Source: Marsupella aquatica
Taxonomy: Eukaryota > Plantae > Marchantiophyta
NCBI GenBank assembly: GCA_973895155.1
Contig: OZ316895.1
Span: forward strand, 2,963,659 to 3,027,658
Length of the DNA stretch: 64,000 nucleotides
Reading direction: 5' to 3'
Shown here piece after piece: positions 11,520 through 24,245 of the stretch (positions within the stretch are counted from its first letter, which is position 1; every line of letters starts with the position of its first letter). The notes under the pieces were generated by a model that did no database searches, was not told the DNA's origin, and was given only the letters and a program-made list of their open reading frames with translations. The position numbers and the translations under genes were made by a program.

Positions 11520-14250
11520 GGAAATAGTTCTAACGTACTGGTTTTATTGTTGTGCTCGCGCCGTAGTCCTAGCCTAGAGGATCACCCTCGTCTGGCCGGC
11601 ATCTCTTTTGTGGAGTATTTATTTAGTCGTACAGTAGTGGATAACTCTTTGCTGCCGGCATTCAGAAGCAACTTGCCCTGGCTGGAGCTATCCGCACCGC
11701 CCAGTTGGCTCCATACTGATGTCGGGCAAGGTGTGATACACTTTGCCATCGCTCTTTGTGGGAGGAATCCTTTGTTTGAGTACCTGCGATCCTTGACGAT
11801 GTCTACTGGCGACTTTACAGTATGTGCGAAACCTCGTCGCAGTACCTTACGGAGACAAACAATTTCACACTCTGATTAAGTAAGCGCGTTTTCTCGTCCG
11901 CTGCTCCGAATGCAGGCCTGCCTGCCTCGCTTTCGACGCACACTCACGCCTTCACACGCTTCGATCTGCCTTTCCACGAGGAGACTACTATAGTCACTTG
12001 GCCGGGCTCAGGAGTGCTGCAATCCATCATTCATTTTGCACGTCGGTGATCAATTTGTTCACTAGGGTTCCTCATAAACACTGACCTGCCCACGGTTGAA
12101 ACAGCAGACTTACGTCAATTCGATTAGCATCATAATTTTTCATCCTTGCGCGTTGAGCCCCGCTGAAGATATCTTCGATTAGCTGTTCTGAAATAGTACT
12201 GTGCTGTGCTTAGCTCAGATAATTCGTGCTTCATTGGAGCGGTCGATCCTCCTTCTACGTGAGCTCGGAACGTATAGACGTAGACGTTCTATTACAACGA
12301 ATTAGATTGAGTTGAAGGCCCGGTTGAAATGGGACGTGAGGGAATTTCGACGAGACGAACGGCATCAGAAGATGATCGTGACGAGTATCTTGACCCCTAC
12401 ACCAAGGAACTAATGAGTGACCCTGTCAAATGTACCGATGGCCGCACCTACGATAGGTTCTCGGTCTTCCAGTACAATCAAGCTCATAACACGCCCTTAG
12501 TCATTGCTTGTGACGATCTTAATGTGAGGAGCAGACTGTTCCAAAAATTTGCGAACGAAGGTTTGGAAAGCAAGTCTCGCAGTTTGCGCAAGGCATATAG
12601 GGATCAGGCTTTGGAGGTAGCCAACAAAGGCCACAGTTCGGAAGCGCTGGCAATGCTAAAGAATGTACTGCAATGGGCACCTAACGACAGGCAATGCCTT
12701 CTGAAGAGCGAAGAAATTGTAGCTGAGCAGTCTCAGAGAGCTGCTGTGGTACGTGCCAAATACATTTCTTCAGAACGTGATGGAATCGAATGCCTAGGCC
12801 AGCTCATGAAAAATTTAGTGACATCGCCTAGGAGTGACGCCTTTGTCTAGTCAATATGACTGGAATCCATCCTCTGATGTTTGTTTGCTTGTTTTGTTTT
12901 TGCTCTCTTTGATGTAAGAGCTTGAGTGGCACCTACATGTGGACAGTAAAATGAATCTCTCATTTACATTTGAATTGCGCATCCCGTTCAGTCGTTTGTT
13001 CTCGAGAGATTGAGTCAATATATTTGCTCAAACGGACCGAAACAGTTGTTATCTCTGGTTTGGTTTTATAGGACCCATACTGTCCACTTGCTTCTGTTTC
13101 TAGAGAGTCTGATTAGGATGGTCTTAGCAGTCTAAAAGTAATATGTGATATAGTGAAGTGCCAATCATTTTGGAGAAGAGTTTCATCAAGTTTGCAATAA
13201 ACTGCACTCTGAGACACTTTGGAATTGCACACAACGTTGCTTTAATTGTTTCATTCTTTATTTAGGAGTCTGATAAAACAGGCTGCATACTAAAACTGAG
13301 CTATCTCCATGATTGCTTTTCATTTTCCCATCACTCTATATAGTTTTGTTCCATGTTCTATGCTGGGGAAGCTTAGTCACAATGATGGAGTCCTCACTGA
13401 AACTTTAGTCTGATATACAGTACTTTTGCAGTTGTCATCGTTTTTCCCTGTCTGATTCTTTAGAAGAGTCGGCTTAAAATGGACTTATACGTTTAGCTGT
13501 TTCGCATGAATCGCAGCAACCCTCCGCCCCTCCCCATCATGTGGTCATGCCCCCACCTGAACGAACAACAATGCAGCCAAATGTTCCGACGTATCATCAG
13601 TCGTCTTATTCACATCCTTATCCTAATGAGGGAAATCGGCAAACCAGTCAACAGAAAACCTCCCAGCCACAGAACGCGGAGTCTCTTGCAGTTGGCATCA
13701 TCATCATGTAAGTAGCTAACACTGCCCATTCTGCAACTCTTTTGCAAATGCTATTAATTCTTTTGACCAATGATTTCTCATTTTGGAAACAACCATTGGC
13801 GTGCTTAGTGAGAGTTCACTAGTTGGTCCTGGAATAGGAACCCATCGAAGAAGAGAAAAGCAAGTCCATTCGATTGTGGGGCAAGTATCTACATTCGTCA
13901 GTTAAGCTGGTGAACTTCGAATGCTTGAATCTGTGTTCTCTGTGCTCGTTACCTAAATCTGACAATTATCATTTGACGATCATTTGGCTTTGTGTTTGAT
14001 CATATACAATTGCAGGGTTCTGTGTTTCCCTTGCTCTCTTTGCTGCATTCCATGCCTGTTCCCAAATGCTTGCGGAGACTGACAGCAAAATTGAACCAAG
14101 TACAACCAATTTTGCACTTTCAGAAGGACCCTCGACGAAGGACCACAACCGACGACTGAGAATGCAACAGGTCTTGATGACAATTATAAGGTTCCCCAAC
14201 ACTTGATTGCCGCGTTCCAGAAGATCTCACGCAATGTTTTTTTGGGCAGC
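11520..14250 (+). repeat. Tandem segmental duplicate of ~1640-5690 (upstream region, U-box gene, introns, 3' flank)
   Basis: Colinear similarity by eye across upstream sequence, introns and exons, except for a 1363-bp internal gap. Confidence 0.85.
12329..14082 (+). CDS. U-box E3 ligase, copy 2: lacks the N-terminal helical domain; U-box + TPR-like + PSAP + Cys-rich TM
   Basis: Exons 12329-12748, ~13517-13709, ~14015-14082. U-box EYLDPYTKELMSDPVKCTDGRTYDR; reading frame intact to ...FPNACGD*. Confidence 0.75.
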
Positions 14251-15679
14251 AGACATGACTTGAAATCGTACGGAATCCAATTTCTAGCCGTACTTATTAG
14301 GAATCGTGACCTGGCTAGTCTGATTCAAAATCATTGAAATCGAGTTGGCAATGGCCTTCAGAGCGGCCATCCATAAACAACTACAGTAGCTACATCAGAT
14401 GTTCTGGTCCAAAATCTCGATTCACCAAGTAGATATATAGTATAGAAGAATTCTTGAGAGCCAGGCAGCCAGCTAGAGCATAGCATGCAGACGACGTCCC
14501 TCTCGTCGCCTCTGGCGAGCCTTGTATTTCTGTGTTACTAGTTATCATTCAATCTCAGTCAGCCTCCACTCTTTTCCTCAGGTTTGCGTCAATCCATTCA
14601 AATATGCTTCTTTTTGCCCGGCAGCCAGGGAGTGGGCCGGGGTGCCGAAGCAAGTCACAAATTTATTTAAATTGACAACTATCATATTCTGCATTGGGTG
14701 TGTTATGCAGCGAGTAAAAATGCTTGGGGTCCGAACTTAACATGCCGGTGCAATTTCTAAGCACCGTATTGGCAACAGTGATTACAACAGTGGATATGGT
14801 ATAACGCCCAAACCAGCGACTTCCATTCAAATCTGCAACTTGTGCACGAAGTAGAATTTTCTTCGTTTCACTGCATCATGCCGACCTGAACGAGGAAAGA
14901 CGCGCAGAAAACATGGACAAAAATGAAATAACGCTGCAGCAGCACATTGATGGAAAGATGTCAAGTCTTGTTCTAGACTATTGACTGAGCAAAACTCTAA
15001 CCATTGAAAATTAACCCCGGTTGATTTGCACATAACCATGGACTGCAATCCCTACTGAATTCTCGTGCTTTTAATTTTCATACTTCTGGATCAAGACCCT
15101 ATACGTGACTATATAGCATGCTCATCCTGGAACATGCTTTACTTTTTGTCTTGTAGTGATATTAAGTGGAGTGATACTGTTCGAAGAAAAGGAACTTTTT
15201 TACACCAGGACCTGTACTTTTTTACACCGGGCACTGTGTTCGAAAGTTTTGATTTTTGGGTCCTGGTGTAAAAAAGTTCCTTTTCTTCGAACACAACGTC
15301 AATTTTACACAACGCCCGGGCGCTGTGTTCGAACTTGGCTCTGTGTTCGGGGATGTCGCTGTGTTCGGGGGGGGGGATGTCACTGTGTTTGGGGGACCCC
15401 CTGGGCCCTTAGCTAATACGGCCTGAGCAATAGAAGCTCGTTGAAGATAGGTTCGAGTGGGCGCAATAGTCGACAGGATGTTCGAGGTTGTGGAAGCAAA
15501 TAGAAGCTGTCGACAACTCTCACAGCTTTTCTAGAATGTTGCGAACGACAGTATGGCCCAGACATACTCCATTAAATTAAATGGCACTTTGGAACTTTAT
15601 ATATATAGTGTGCAAATCAATACATCCAGGCGCAATCGCACTGCGGCACAAATCAAACTATGATCCTCAATCTCAACCC

Positions 15680-16480
15680 CTACTGTAACTTATCTCCTGC
15701 AAAGCAATTGACCAAATTTGTGATAGCCTTGCCTTTTGGCAATAGAACATTGATTCTCCTGACTTTCTTGGCTGGCTGTGGTGATGGAGAGAACTCCGTG
15801 AAGCTATCAAGAAGATACAAATCAAAATCTTCTGTGGGTACCGGCTTCCTCACAGAGAGACATGCACTGACCCAATCAAAGCTGACGAACTTCACTCTCC
15901 CACTCCAGTAGTAATACTCCATAGTCCCCCATTCATACTTTGCCAAAATCATCTGCCAATTCTTGGCAATCACATGCGTCGTCATTGAACTAAACCGGTA
16001 ACAAATGGAACCTCCGCATTGAAGAAATCTTCGCTTCAATAAATCAAATCGTCTTGGGCTGAATTTGTCAGGAATCATTAGTGCATACATGCCCTCGAAT
16101 GTGTCTCTTGTCTTCTCAAATGCACGAGCCAGTGCATCCATCTCAGCTTGGACGTCAGGATCAGCATTTGGCGCCAGCTGAGTGAAATTAGCCTCCATCT
16201 CAACATTTGACTCCAGCTTGGTGTTTGCCTCAATCTCTTTCTCAGGAATGCACTCAATGTCTGCCGTAGACTCCATTCCTGCCAACACATCAATCTGTGC
16301 GTTCTTACTCTTCTCTGCCATCGCCAGCAGCAAACAAGCATTACAAATTGAGAAATGAACAATGAGGCACCTTGCCCCCGCCACTTTGAGAAGGTTGCTC
16401 CTGCCACTTTGCAAAGGGGCGTTGTGATCGATTGGTCCAAAAGAGACAAACTTTGAAAACAGACAAAACAATACCACCAT
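15680..16480 (-). CDS. Stand-alone BRCT-domain ORF resembling the N-terminal BRCT of plant DNA polymerase lambda (likely start 16321)
   Basis: FEGMYALMI..FSPRRFDLLKRRFLQCGGSI...TTHVIA...VSFDWVSACLSVRKPVPTEDFDL fits the BRCT pattern (GG, THV, W..CL). No polymerase domain follows. Confidence 0.65.
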   Translation of the reverse strand: MVVLFCLFSKFVSFGPIDHNAPLQSGRSNLLKVAGARCLIVHFSICNACLLLAMAEKSKNAQIDVLAGMESTADIECIPEKEIEANTKLESNVEMEANFTQLAPNADPDVQAEMDALARAFEKTRDTFEGMYALMIPDKFSPRRFDLLKRRFLQCGGSICYRFSSMTTHVIAKNWQMILAKYEWGTMEYYYWSGRVKFVSFDWVSACLSVRKPVPTEDFDLYLLDSFTEFSPSPQPAKKVRRINVLLPKGKAITNLVNCFAGDKLQ

Positions 16481-17129
16481 TCTCGCTCCATCACAAAATC
16501 AAGAGGCTGCCTTGAGTAAACATCGGGAACTCGAGAGTCTTTGGCTATGGAGAGAAGGCAGCCCGAACAGCTGCAACGTACAGGAGGGGTAAGTGGCAAA
16601 CCTGACATTGAATTGACATTGATTGGGTTACCCCATCGCTCCACGCTTCTTAATCATCACTGCAGCTTGCGAAATACAATGTCTCCCTTTTGCACAAACA
16701 AATTTTTGAGCTTTCACCAAAAATCATATTAGAAACTTCAGTGAAATAGAACTTGTGAATCGTTTGCAGCTCGCTGATGTCCAGGTTGCTTGATTGACAC
16801 TAACGCCTCTGTGCATTGCTTTGTTGCAGCAAGGATCGAAGCCATGTACAAACATTGCTTATCATTCATGGTCGTCAGCTCATCGTTTGACTGCCTCCTT
16901 CCTGGCTGAGAACATCAAGAGTGAAGGACAAGAACTAGTTAGTGCTGTCACTCATTCTTGTGCAAATTGTTCATACCTTCAAGCCTGACTGGCCCCTACG
17001 TATACACTTATACAGTCCTGGTCTTCATGGTTGATAGTCGAGTGCTGACATTTCTATATCAGGAGAGACATTTTTGAAATGGATACCACGATAATTGAGG
17101 GAAAGGATGTCCAAGAGGTCAGTACTAAC

Positions 17130-17303
17130 CATAAAGCGAAGATGCGGCCAAAGGGTTATGAAGTAGCGATACGCAAAAATGGAGTAGGGCTCCGACAGTT
17201 CTTTATCAATAAGAGCCATGATGCAATCCAACTCGGTCTCGTCTCCATAGGAAGTGTAATTGATAGTGCCATTTCCAATGATATTGGAGGACTCACCCTC
17301 CAT
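17130..17303 (-). pseudogene. MAK3: Captured first-exon fragment of the NatC catalytic subunit (MAK3/NAA30 N-acetyltransferase)
   Basis: INYTSYGDETELDCIMALIDKELSEPYSIFAYRYFITLWPHL matches the MAK3 LSEPYSI.TYRYF signature. Ends at a GTTAGT donor; no downstream exon seen. Confidence 0.75.
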
Positions 17304-17889
17304 AGGAACAAAATGCTCCAACTCCAATGCTCCAACTCCAATGCTCCTCCGGGTGCTCCTCGAAATCGACCAACCTCTGTCCAAATCAATCAATTCCCTC
17401 CTTTCCTAGTTTTCCTTTCCTCCACCTGCTCCTCTTACCTCTCCTCATCCCGCTCCTTGTCCTACTTCTCCTCCTCCTAGGTAATATAATCCACACCTTC
17501 CCAAGATCCCTGTCCACCAATGCCCTTCCTCCTCCTCCTCAGTTCCTTTCTCTCGCTCTTTGTCTTTCTCACGCCGTGTTTTCCTCCACCTCTCCTGCCT
17601 CCTGCTCCAAATCTACACAATCGCCACACACCCTTCTCTCCTCCTCCCAGTACCCCATTGACTCGTCTTGTCTCGTCACGTGATCCGATCCCGTCCAGTT
17701 CTGTCCCGAGGTAGCAGTATCAGTAGCAGCACCAGTACGAGAATGACTTTACACAATTCCTCTCGAGCTTACAATTTGTCAAAGAGAACAGTATCAATCA
17801 ATCGTCGGTCTGGCATTCGATGTCAATTCCCATCCAATTCCTTCTCATCCCTCCCGTCTTTCCTCCCATCTTTCCTCCGTCAATAGTCA

Positions 17890-18160
17890 TCGATCGATAG
17901 TCGATACTTGAGTGGGATTGATAGTCGATAGTGAGTGGGAGACTGACATTTGATAGTCAGTAGTTGACAGTCGATCGAGTGGGAGAGTGGATTTAGTTGA
18001 CAGTCGATCGAGTGGGAGAGTGGATTTAGTTGACAGTCGATCGAGTGGGATAGTCGATCGAGTGGATTTAGTTGACAGTCAATCGAGTGGATTTAGTTGA
18101 CAGTCGATCGAGTGGGAGTAGTTGACAGTCGATCGAGTGGGAGAGTGGGAGAGTGGGAGA
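17890..18160 (+). repeat. Degenerate tandem repeat AGTTGACAGTCGATCGAGTGGGAGAGTGGATTT
   Basis: Several 26-33-bp units directly visible. Confidence 0.85.
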
Positions 18161-18422
18161 ATATATTGTCCACGATCTCTTTCCTTAGGTCAAATCCTCC
18201 AAACTGGGGACTCTGTGAATCCTTATGAAGGCCAGATGGTAGTCGAATGTACAATAGCTTTGCCAAAAATGCTCACAAGCACAGCTGACCACTGACTCTC
18301 TCGTTGAATTTCATGCCTTTGTCGACTTAACCCTTGCAGGCAGGGTTAAAAGTGCTATGTGCAGGAGGTTTTCGCCCCTGCCATTCATTTGATAGATGGT
18401 ATTTTCGTTTGCAGTGGCAGCT

Positions 18423-20395
18423 ATGGCGAGACATCCCCGTGGGATATCAAATGAGAAGCGACGAAGTTATTCTCTTAAGTTCAAGTTGGATGTGATTTGG
18501 AAATACAACCCCCACATCAAAGGGCAAGGCTTTGTGGCACTCAGCAAAAAATTTGGAGTGCCCCGGTCTGCTTTGAGAGGGTGGTATGAGAAGAGGGCAT
18601 AGCTGCAAGCCTCTCTTAAGGACGATAAGATCTTAACCCGGAAATCACGCCGGTTAAGGGGAGGTGGACGGAGACCATTGCTGCCCGGAATGGAGGAGGA
18701 GCTTCACACTTGGATCCTGGCACGGAATGAGAAGGGATTGAGGGTGAAGGACATGTACATCGCCAAGATGGCCTTGAAGATTGCAGAGAGGATGGCTGCC
18801 AGCACAGCAAATGAGGAGCTCGCGACATTTAAAGCGTCAACAGGTTGGTTGGATAGGTTCAAGAAGCGACACAACCTGGTGTCAAGGAGACACACGACAG
18901 ATCGCAAGCTACCAGAGAATGTTGTTGATTTGTGCCGGGCATTCATTCAAGAGTGCCAAGAATTGATTGACACTAACAAAATTAAGCCCAAAAACATTAT
19001 CAACATGGATCAGGTTCCGCGGTACTATGAGACTGAGCCAAAGTCAACTATTGCTACCAGAGGCATTCGGACGGTGATGATGACAAAGGGTGGTACCAGC
19101 CACAAACGATTCACCATAGCTTTTTCCATCACAGGAGAAGGCAAGCATTTGAAACCACACATCCTCATCTCAAAGAGGAAGAATAAACCTGAAGTCCCGT
19201 TGGGCGTGTTTGTCGATGTGAACCAGACAGGTATATTTTTTTCAATATCTATTATCTTGCAAACTAAGCTTCTCTTTTGTAATTTTCATGACTTTTTTAG
19301 GGTTGCCAGTAAACAAACTCTTTTGTAATTATTGACCATGGGTTTTATACTATGCAGGTATGTGGAATGAACGAATATGTTGGGAACACTTCAATGAAAC
19401 AGTGATGAAGCGAGGTGAGACCCAATTCTACCGGGAGCCCACTCTATACATCATTGACGCATATGGTCCCCACTTGAAGTGGCCCAAGGCACATGCAAAG
19501 GTACTGGAGGACTACAATGTGTTTGTGCGGATTGTGCCGGCAAATTTGACCTCCCTCTTGCAGCCTCTTGATGTTGTAGTGAACCGGAGCTATCAGGCAG
19601 ATTATGCAACACAATATGACACTTACATTGCAGATGCCTTGATTGATCCAAATTTTCAGACAACTGCAGGAAACCCTAAAGTTCCGGCTGCCAAGATGGT
19701 GGCAGAATGGGCACTTTCATGGATTGGAAAATGTCAAAAACAGGACGTGGCAAATGCATTTAGGGTAAGGTGGAGAAGTTTTGACATTATTTGTATGTAC
19801 AAACATTTTATGTGGAAACATTTGGCAAATATTTTATAGTGAATCCTAATTAAGTTGATGCTTCTTGTGTTGTCAGGTTTGTGGCTTGGTGCCCAGCTCA
19901 CAATTTGCAGTGGAAAACCTACATCCGCCACTAAGAGCTTTGTATACAGTAGACTTGGACTTAGCTGAATGGAATGAACAGTATGGGCATGTACTGCAGG
20001 AGAGTGAAGAATTGCGTCCCACTCTCGTCATCAAGCCGCCTACATGGTTTTGTCCTGAAGAGGATTACTCTTTGTTCGGATGCCTTCTTTGTTGCAAGGG
20101 TATACACGGAAGTGATGTGGACGAATACCTTGACACCTATGTCATAAAGCTGGTGGTGCACATGTCGTTGTGTCCTGATCTTGATGACATGGTAAGTGGA
20201 GAAATGGTGGCAGGTACCTTGGCAGTGTTTGCAGCTTCAAACTTGGAGGAGTGGGAGATTGAGCTCACGGAAGTGAACCTTGACAACAAGATCATCCAAA
20301 ATTTTGTGTACAAGGTGGAGGATCCTGTCAAGCAAGTTCATTTAGCACGAACAGGGAATTACTTTTGTGTTCAGCTGAATGAAGGGTTGATGTAG
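18423..20395 (+). pseudogene. pogo-like transposase (HTH + CENP-B-type HTH + DDE_1) with C-terminal extension; one premature stop
   Basis: Motifs RRSYSLKFKL, FKASTGWLDRFKKRH, IINMDQ, IIDAYGPH, TSLLQPLDVVVN. In-frame TAG at 18600-18602. Introns at ~19231-19358 and ~19766-19877. Confidence 0.88.
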
Positions 20396-21589
20396 TGCAT
20401 GCACATCATCCTTGTTGGGTGACAACCTTCTTGGGCATGTGTTCCTTGTGTCACTATGAGAGTTATGAGATGGATATTAGGACTGGTTCTTCAATGAGAG
20501 TAAAACTTTGTAACTCTCATAGATACACAAGGTGAACTTGTCCAAGCATTTTGACTTCATTTTGTGTGTTCATGATGCTTCCATACAAAAATGTATCTCT
20601 TTTGAGGCAATTGAACACTTGTGTTTATGTTAAATTAAATTATGTTGTTCACAATAGTGACCTTTTGGAACTACAAATATGTCATAATTAAATATGTTTT
20701 ACATAATTATATGTTTATCAAGTGATAATGTTGACTTGGGCAATTTTTTGCATGGTTTGTAAGGTCTTATTAATTTGTTCTAGACTACCCATGACTTGTT
20801 GCATTTCAGTGTTTAAAGTAGCTACATTTTCCCAATTTAACACTTATCTCTAACACATTGGTTGTATCCTATAATTCCAGCTTATACCCCAAATTCATAT
20901 AATGCCTAAATTCGAACACAACGCCACAATTCGAACACAACGCCACAATTCGAGCACAATGCCACAATTTGAACACAACGCCACATGCTAAAAAATCATA
21001 AACAGAGTCTCAAAACTCTAACACAACGCCCTGGGCTCACTATTCGAATATAGCGCCCCTTGGCCCACTATTCGAATATAGCGCCCGGGCGCTGTGTTCG
21101 GGGGAAGACGGTAGCATGGGAGATGGGAGTGGCAAGCATTGATCCTCTGTCCTTGCCCCTCCCCCATTTTCTATTGACGCACAAAGGGAAGGGGCCAGGA
21201 CTATTCATGCCTCAACTCATACACTGGCCGGACAAAAGGAGCCAGGATCAAAATTCCCCTTCCCGGCAGGTTTCCCATCCATGTGCCTCCCCCCTCCCCT
21301 CTCTCCTTGATCCTTGCCCCTGGGAAGATCACTTTATTGCACTGAAAGACAAAAAATATATTCGATATTTTGTGCATGAACTATACTTAGTTACCTTGAG
21401 ACCAGGGGTGGGACCAGGAGTGGCATCCGGATTAACTGTACACATATATAGAATCAACACTTTGGTGGTAGGAAGAATCAAGTTTATATACAATCAACCT
21501 ATAATGGGTAAATTCCATGTTTCTGGTTTTTTATGATTGTGCATTTACCATAAAGATACTTCCACCAAAATTGATCTAATCAGAAAAAA

Positions 21590-21775
21590 CCAAAGTACAA
21601 TGAAAGGGCTGGTCCAAAGAGGACAAACACCAAACAAGGAGAAAGAAAAGCAAGTGCAATCCCAAGAAAGGAAGAAGAGTAAGGAAAAGTGTCAAACACT
21701 ACATGAGTGCAAACTCTAAGGACTAGTGACACATTGGAAAATGTGACAAGAGCTAATGGTCCACATCCAATATCC
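21590..21775 (+). repeat. Dispersed repeat family; further copies at ~23708-23810 (+), ~23993-24185 (-), ~60245-60340 (-)
   Basis: Shared core AGTACAATGAAAG...GGTCCAAAGAGGACAAACACCAAACAAG...AAGTGCAA. Confidence 0.55.
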
Positions 21776-21868
21776 TAACTAAATCAGTAAGTGGGAAAGG
21801 AATGTCCTCTAGAGGGGCTAGTGTCTATGGAAGCATAGTAGCACCCATTTGTGAGAGATCAACGATAT

Positions 21869-22232
21869 TGTTAGGAATTTACTCTTAGTCTAGGGTTACA
21901 ACTATGACCATAGTTAGAGTTTACCTTAGTTGCAGACTAGGTTAGGTTAACTAGGTTACACACTTAGTCTATAATTATCTATCCCAAGCATTTGCTTGGA
22001 TAGAAGGATCGGAACTCAGGTTCATTGTTACAGAGCCAGTTGAGAGATAGAAAGATCTTGTATTGCAAAGACTCAGTATGATTGATGGACCTAGAGTGCA
22101 GTAAAGCTCTCGTGTGTTCATGTGGACGTATCCTCAACTGACGTGAACCATGTATCTCTATATGTGTTGACTACTTGTGCATAATTGGATGGTTCATCGA
22201 TTTGTCATTGTAAATGTCATCTTTGCTCAACA
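21869..22232 (+). mobile_element. Solo or remnant LTR related to the copia LTRs at 26582 and 59111
   Basis: TGTTAG...CTCAACA termini; shares GGAACT.AGG.TCATTGTTAC.GAGC.AGTTGAGAGATAG and CCTAGAGTGCAGTAAAGCTCT. No matching TSD. Confidence 0.75.
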
Positions 22233-22339
22233 AATTAAAATTGCTCAAGCTTGGGCACATTGTAAGGCCACTGAAATGCGCTGAAAAAAAGCGCGTGGTC
22301 AAGATGGATCTGGAGGGACCCATCCGTCTGTGAATATCC

Positions 22340-22780
22340 GGGTGAATATCACAAGCAGTCCGACGAAGACGCTCAAACATCTCAATAGCAAGGGGTAGGA
22401 AGGAATCAGATGAAGCTCGAGTGACATAGTTTGCCTCCTTTGTTGTGGCTGCCCAGGATGCCGCTGCCATTGCTGCCGCTATCTCAATGAGGTCCTGGCG
22501 AGGGTCTTGGCGCAAGGGTTTACTACCACAACATTTGCCAAAGTATGTCGACGATCATGGACCATGGTCAGATCAACCCGTAATTGTTGTGGTGGAGACC
22601 CAAGTAGCTCGAGAAGGAGCTCAAGTGCCACCTCTCATCACACGTGTATCAAAAACTCAGAGAGAACCTGAAGAATAGCATCTCTCACAACATCATGAAC
22701 AATTTTGGTTTTGTCTCGCAAACTGCATAAAAGAAGATGAGCCCATATGACATCACAAGGCTTCCCACATGTGTTTGAAG
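22340..22780 (-). mobile_element. 3' fragment of an RLE-type (CRE/R2-like) non-LTR retrotransposon
   Basis: C-terminal zinc knuckle (CG...HLLLC...IVHDVVRD) and restriction-like endonuclease tail (VVVVNP...AA..KEANY...FLPLAIE.F..L), split across frames. Confidence 0.65.
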
Positions 22781-24245
22781 TAAACCTATTGTAAGAAGAG
22801 GGAGGGGCAGCCCAAGACGAAGACAAATGGTGGACGAGAACTAATATAAAGGGGAATAAACTTACCATGTATATGTGGTATCTATGTAAAAGAATATGAT
22901 ATAGATTTATTGTGGTATGAACATTGCATCTAATATGTGGGCAAGTGCCATGTGCAAATTAGACCCTATGTTTTTTACATGCATCTACCAGGACATTCGA
23001 GTGCTCAGCCAGTCATTTCGCTAGTGTATGTATTTTGAGAGTATGGTAGATTGAGGGTTGTGTTCAACCTGTGATTACATGCCATGTACATAGCACAATG
23101 TAGCTATTCGGGTCTTGGTACCTGCACATCAAAATATGACATATGGTGTAGGACATATATCCTTCCATACATGGTAAAACTCTTCATTTTCTTTAAATCA
23201 ATGAATGCACATTGTATATTATCATATTGGTTTTGGTAATTAAACATCAAAATATGATACACTGTAAATCTTTTCATACCATGATAAACCTTGTTCTTTT
23301 CTTTAAATAAATGAGTGCACATCTTACATTACCACATTGATATGTGATTACCAACAGGGCCACCTGGCACATGCATCTGGTTTGTTACATCTTGCCACGT
23401 GTCATGGTATCTGACAAATATTGTCGGGAAATCTCAAAGTACATTTCTGTATGTCACTTGCAAGGCTGATAAAGGTCTTGGACGAAGAGGCATAATGAGC
23501 TTTACACTTGGAGTAAATGGCATGGAGACTCTGAGCTTTACACTTGGAGACATTTGCAAGACTTTGTCCTTGCTTCGGTTCTTTTGCTTTTGTTGTGGAC
23601 TACGGTAGCCTTAGTTTCTTAGGGAAGAATACCGAAATTTATGAAAGGGGAAATCAAAGTAAGATGAAGTGAAATCACAATTTTGTATCATATATTTTTC
23701 CTGTCTCCAATGAAGGGAAAGTAAAAGAAGGTCCAGAGAGGACAAACACCAAACAAGATTAAAAAACAGCAGGTGCAGCCCTAAAAATAGAAACAGAAAA
23801 AAGGAAAGGGGAATGTAGGTTTAGCTCTTTGGTATTTCTTGTTGTTCCCTTGTTTGCCTCCTTGTGGCATTACAGCTAGCTCAAGTTCTAGCAAGCTCAA
23901 GTTGGAACAATTTATTGTCCATCGGTGCTATTGTCCTTTGGCCACCTCGAGTAATTTCCTGTCCCACTTGCAGATTTAGTGAGTACACTATAAGTGGACC
24001 CTTAGCTCTAGGTGCATTTACTTTAGATGTGAAGATTAGTCCTTCCTTCTAGTGCCATGTTACCAAAATTTTCACTTTCTTTTATTCTTTTCCCTTTTGT
24101 TCAGCATTGCACTTCTTGTTTCTTTTGTGTCTGTCCTCTGACTTTTATTTCGGACTTCCTTTGTTTATTCTTCATTGTACTTTGTCTGGCCCTTTATATA
24201 TATATATATATACTTCTCACTGAGGGTACGAGTTTCGCTCTACCA

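Larger units (their letters stand above)
15177..21111 (+). mobile_element. pogo/Tigger-like (Tc1-mariner superfamily) DNA transposon carrying captured gene fragments
   Basis: Right end ...GGGGGAAGACGG followed by TA. Subterminal GCTGTGTTCG repeats at the left (15230-15395) are inverted relative to CGAACACAACGCC repeats at the right (20910-21030). The left TIR is degenerate, so the left boundary is approximate. Confidence 0.65.

Noticed and set aside
11244-11879. 211-aa ORF upstream of U-box copy 2
   Set aside because: The paralogous region (1700-1990) has stops and indels in this frame, and no domain was recognised.
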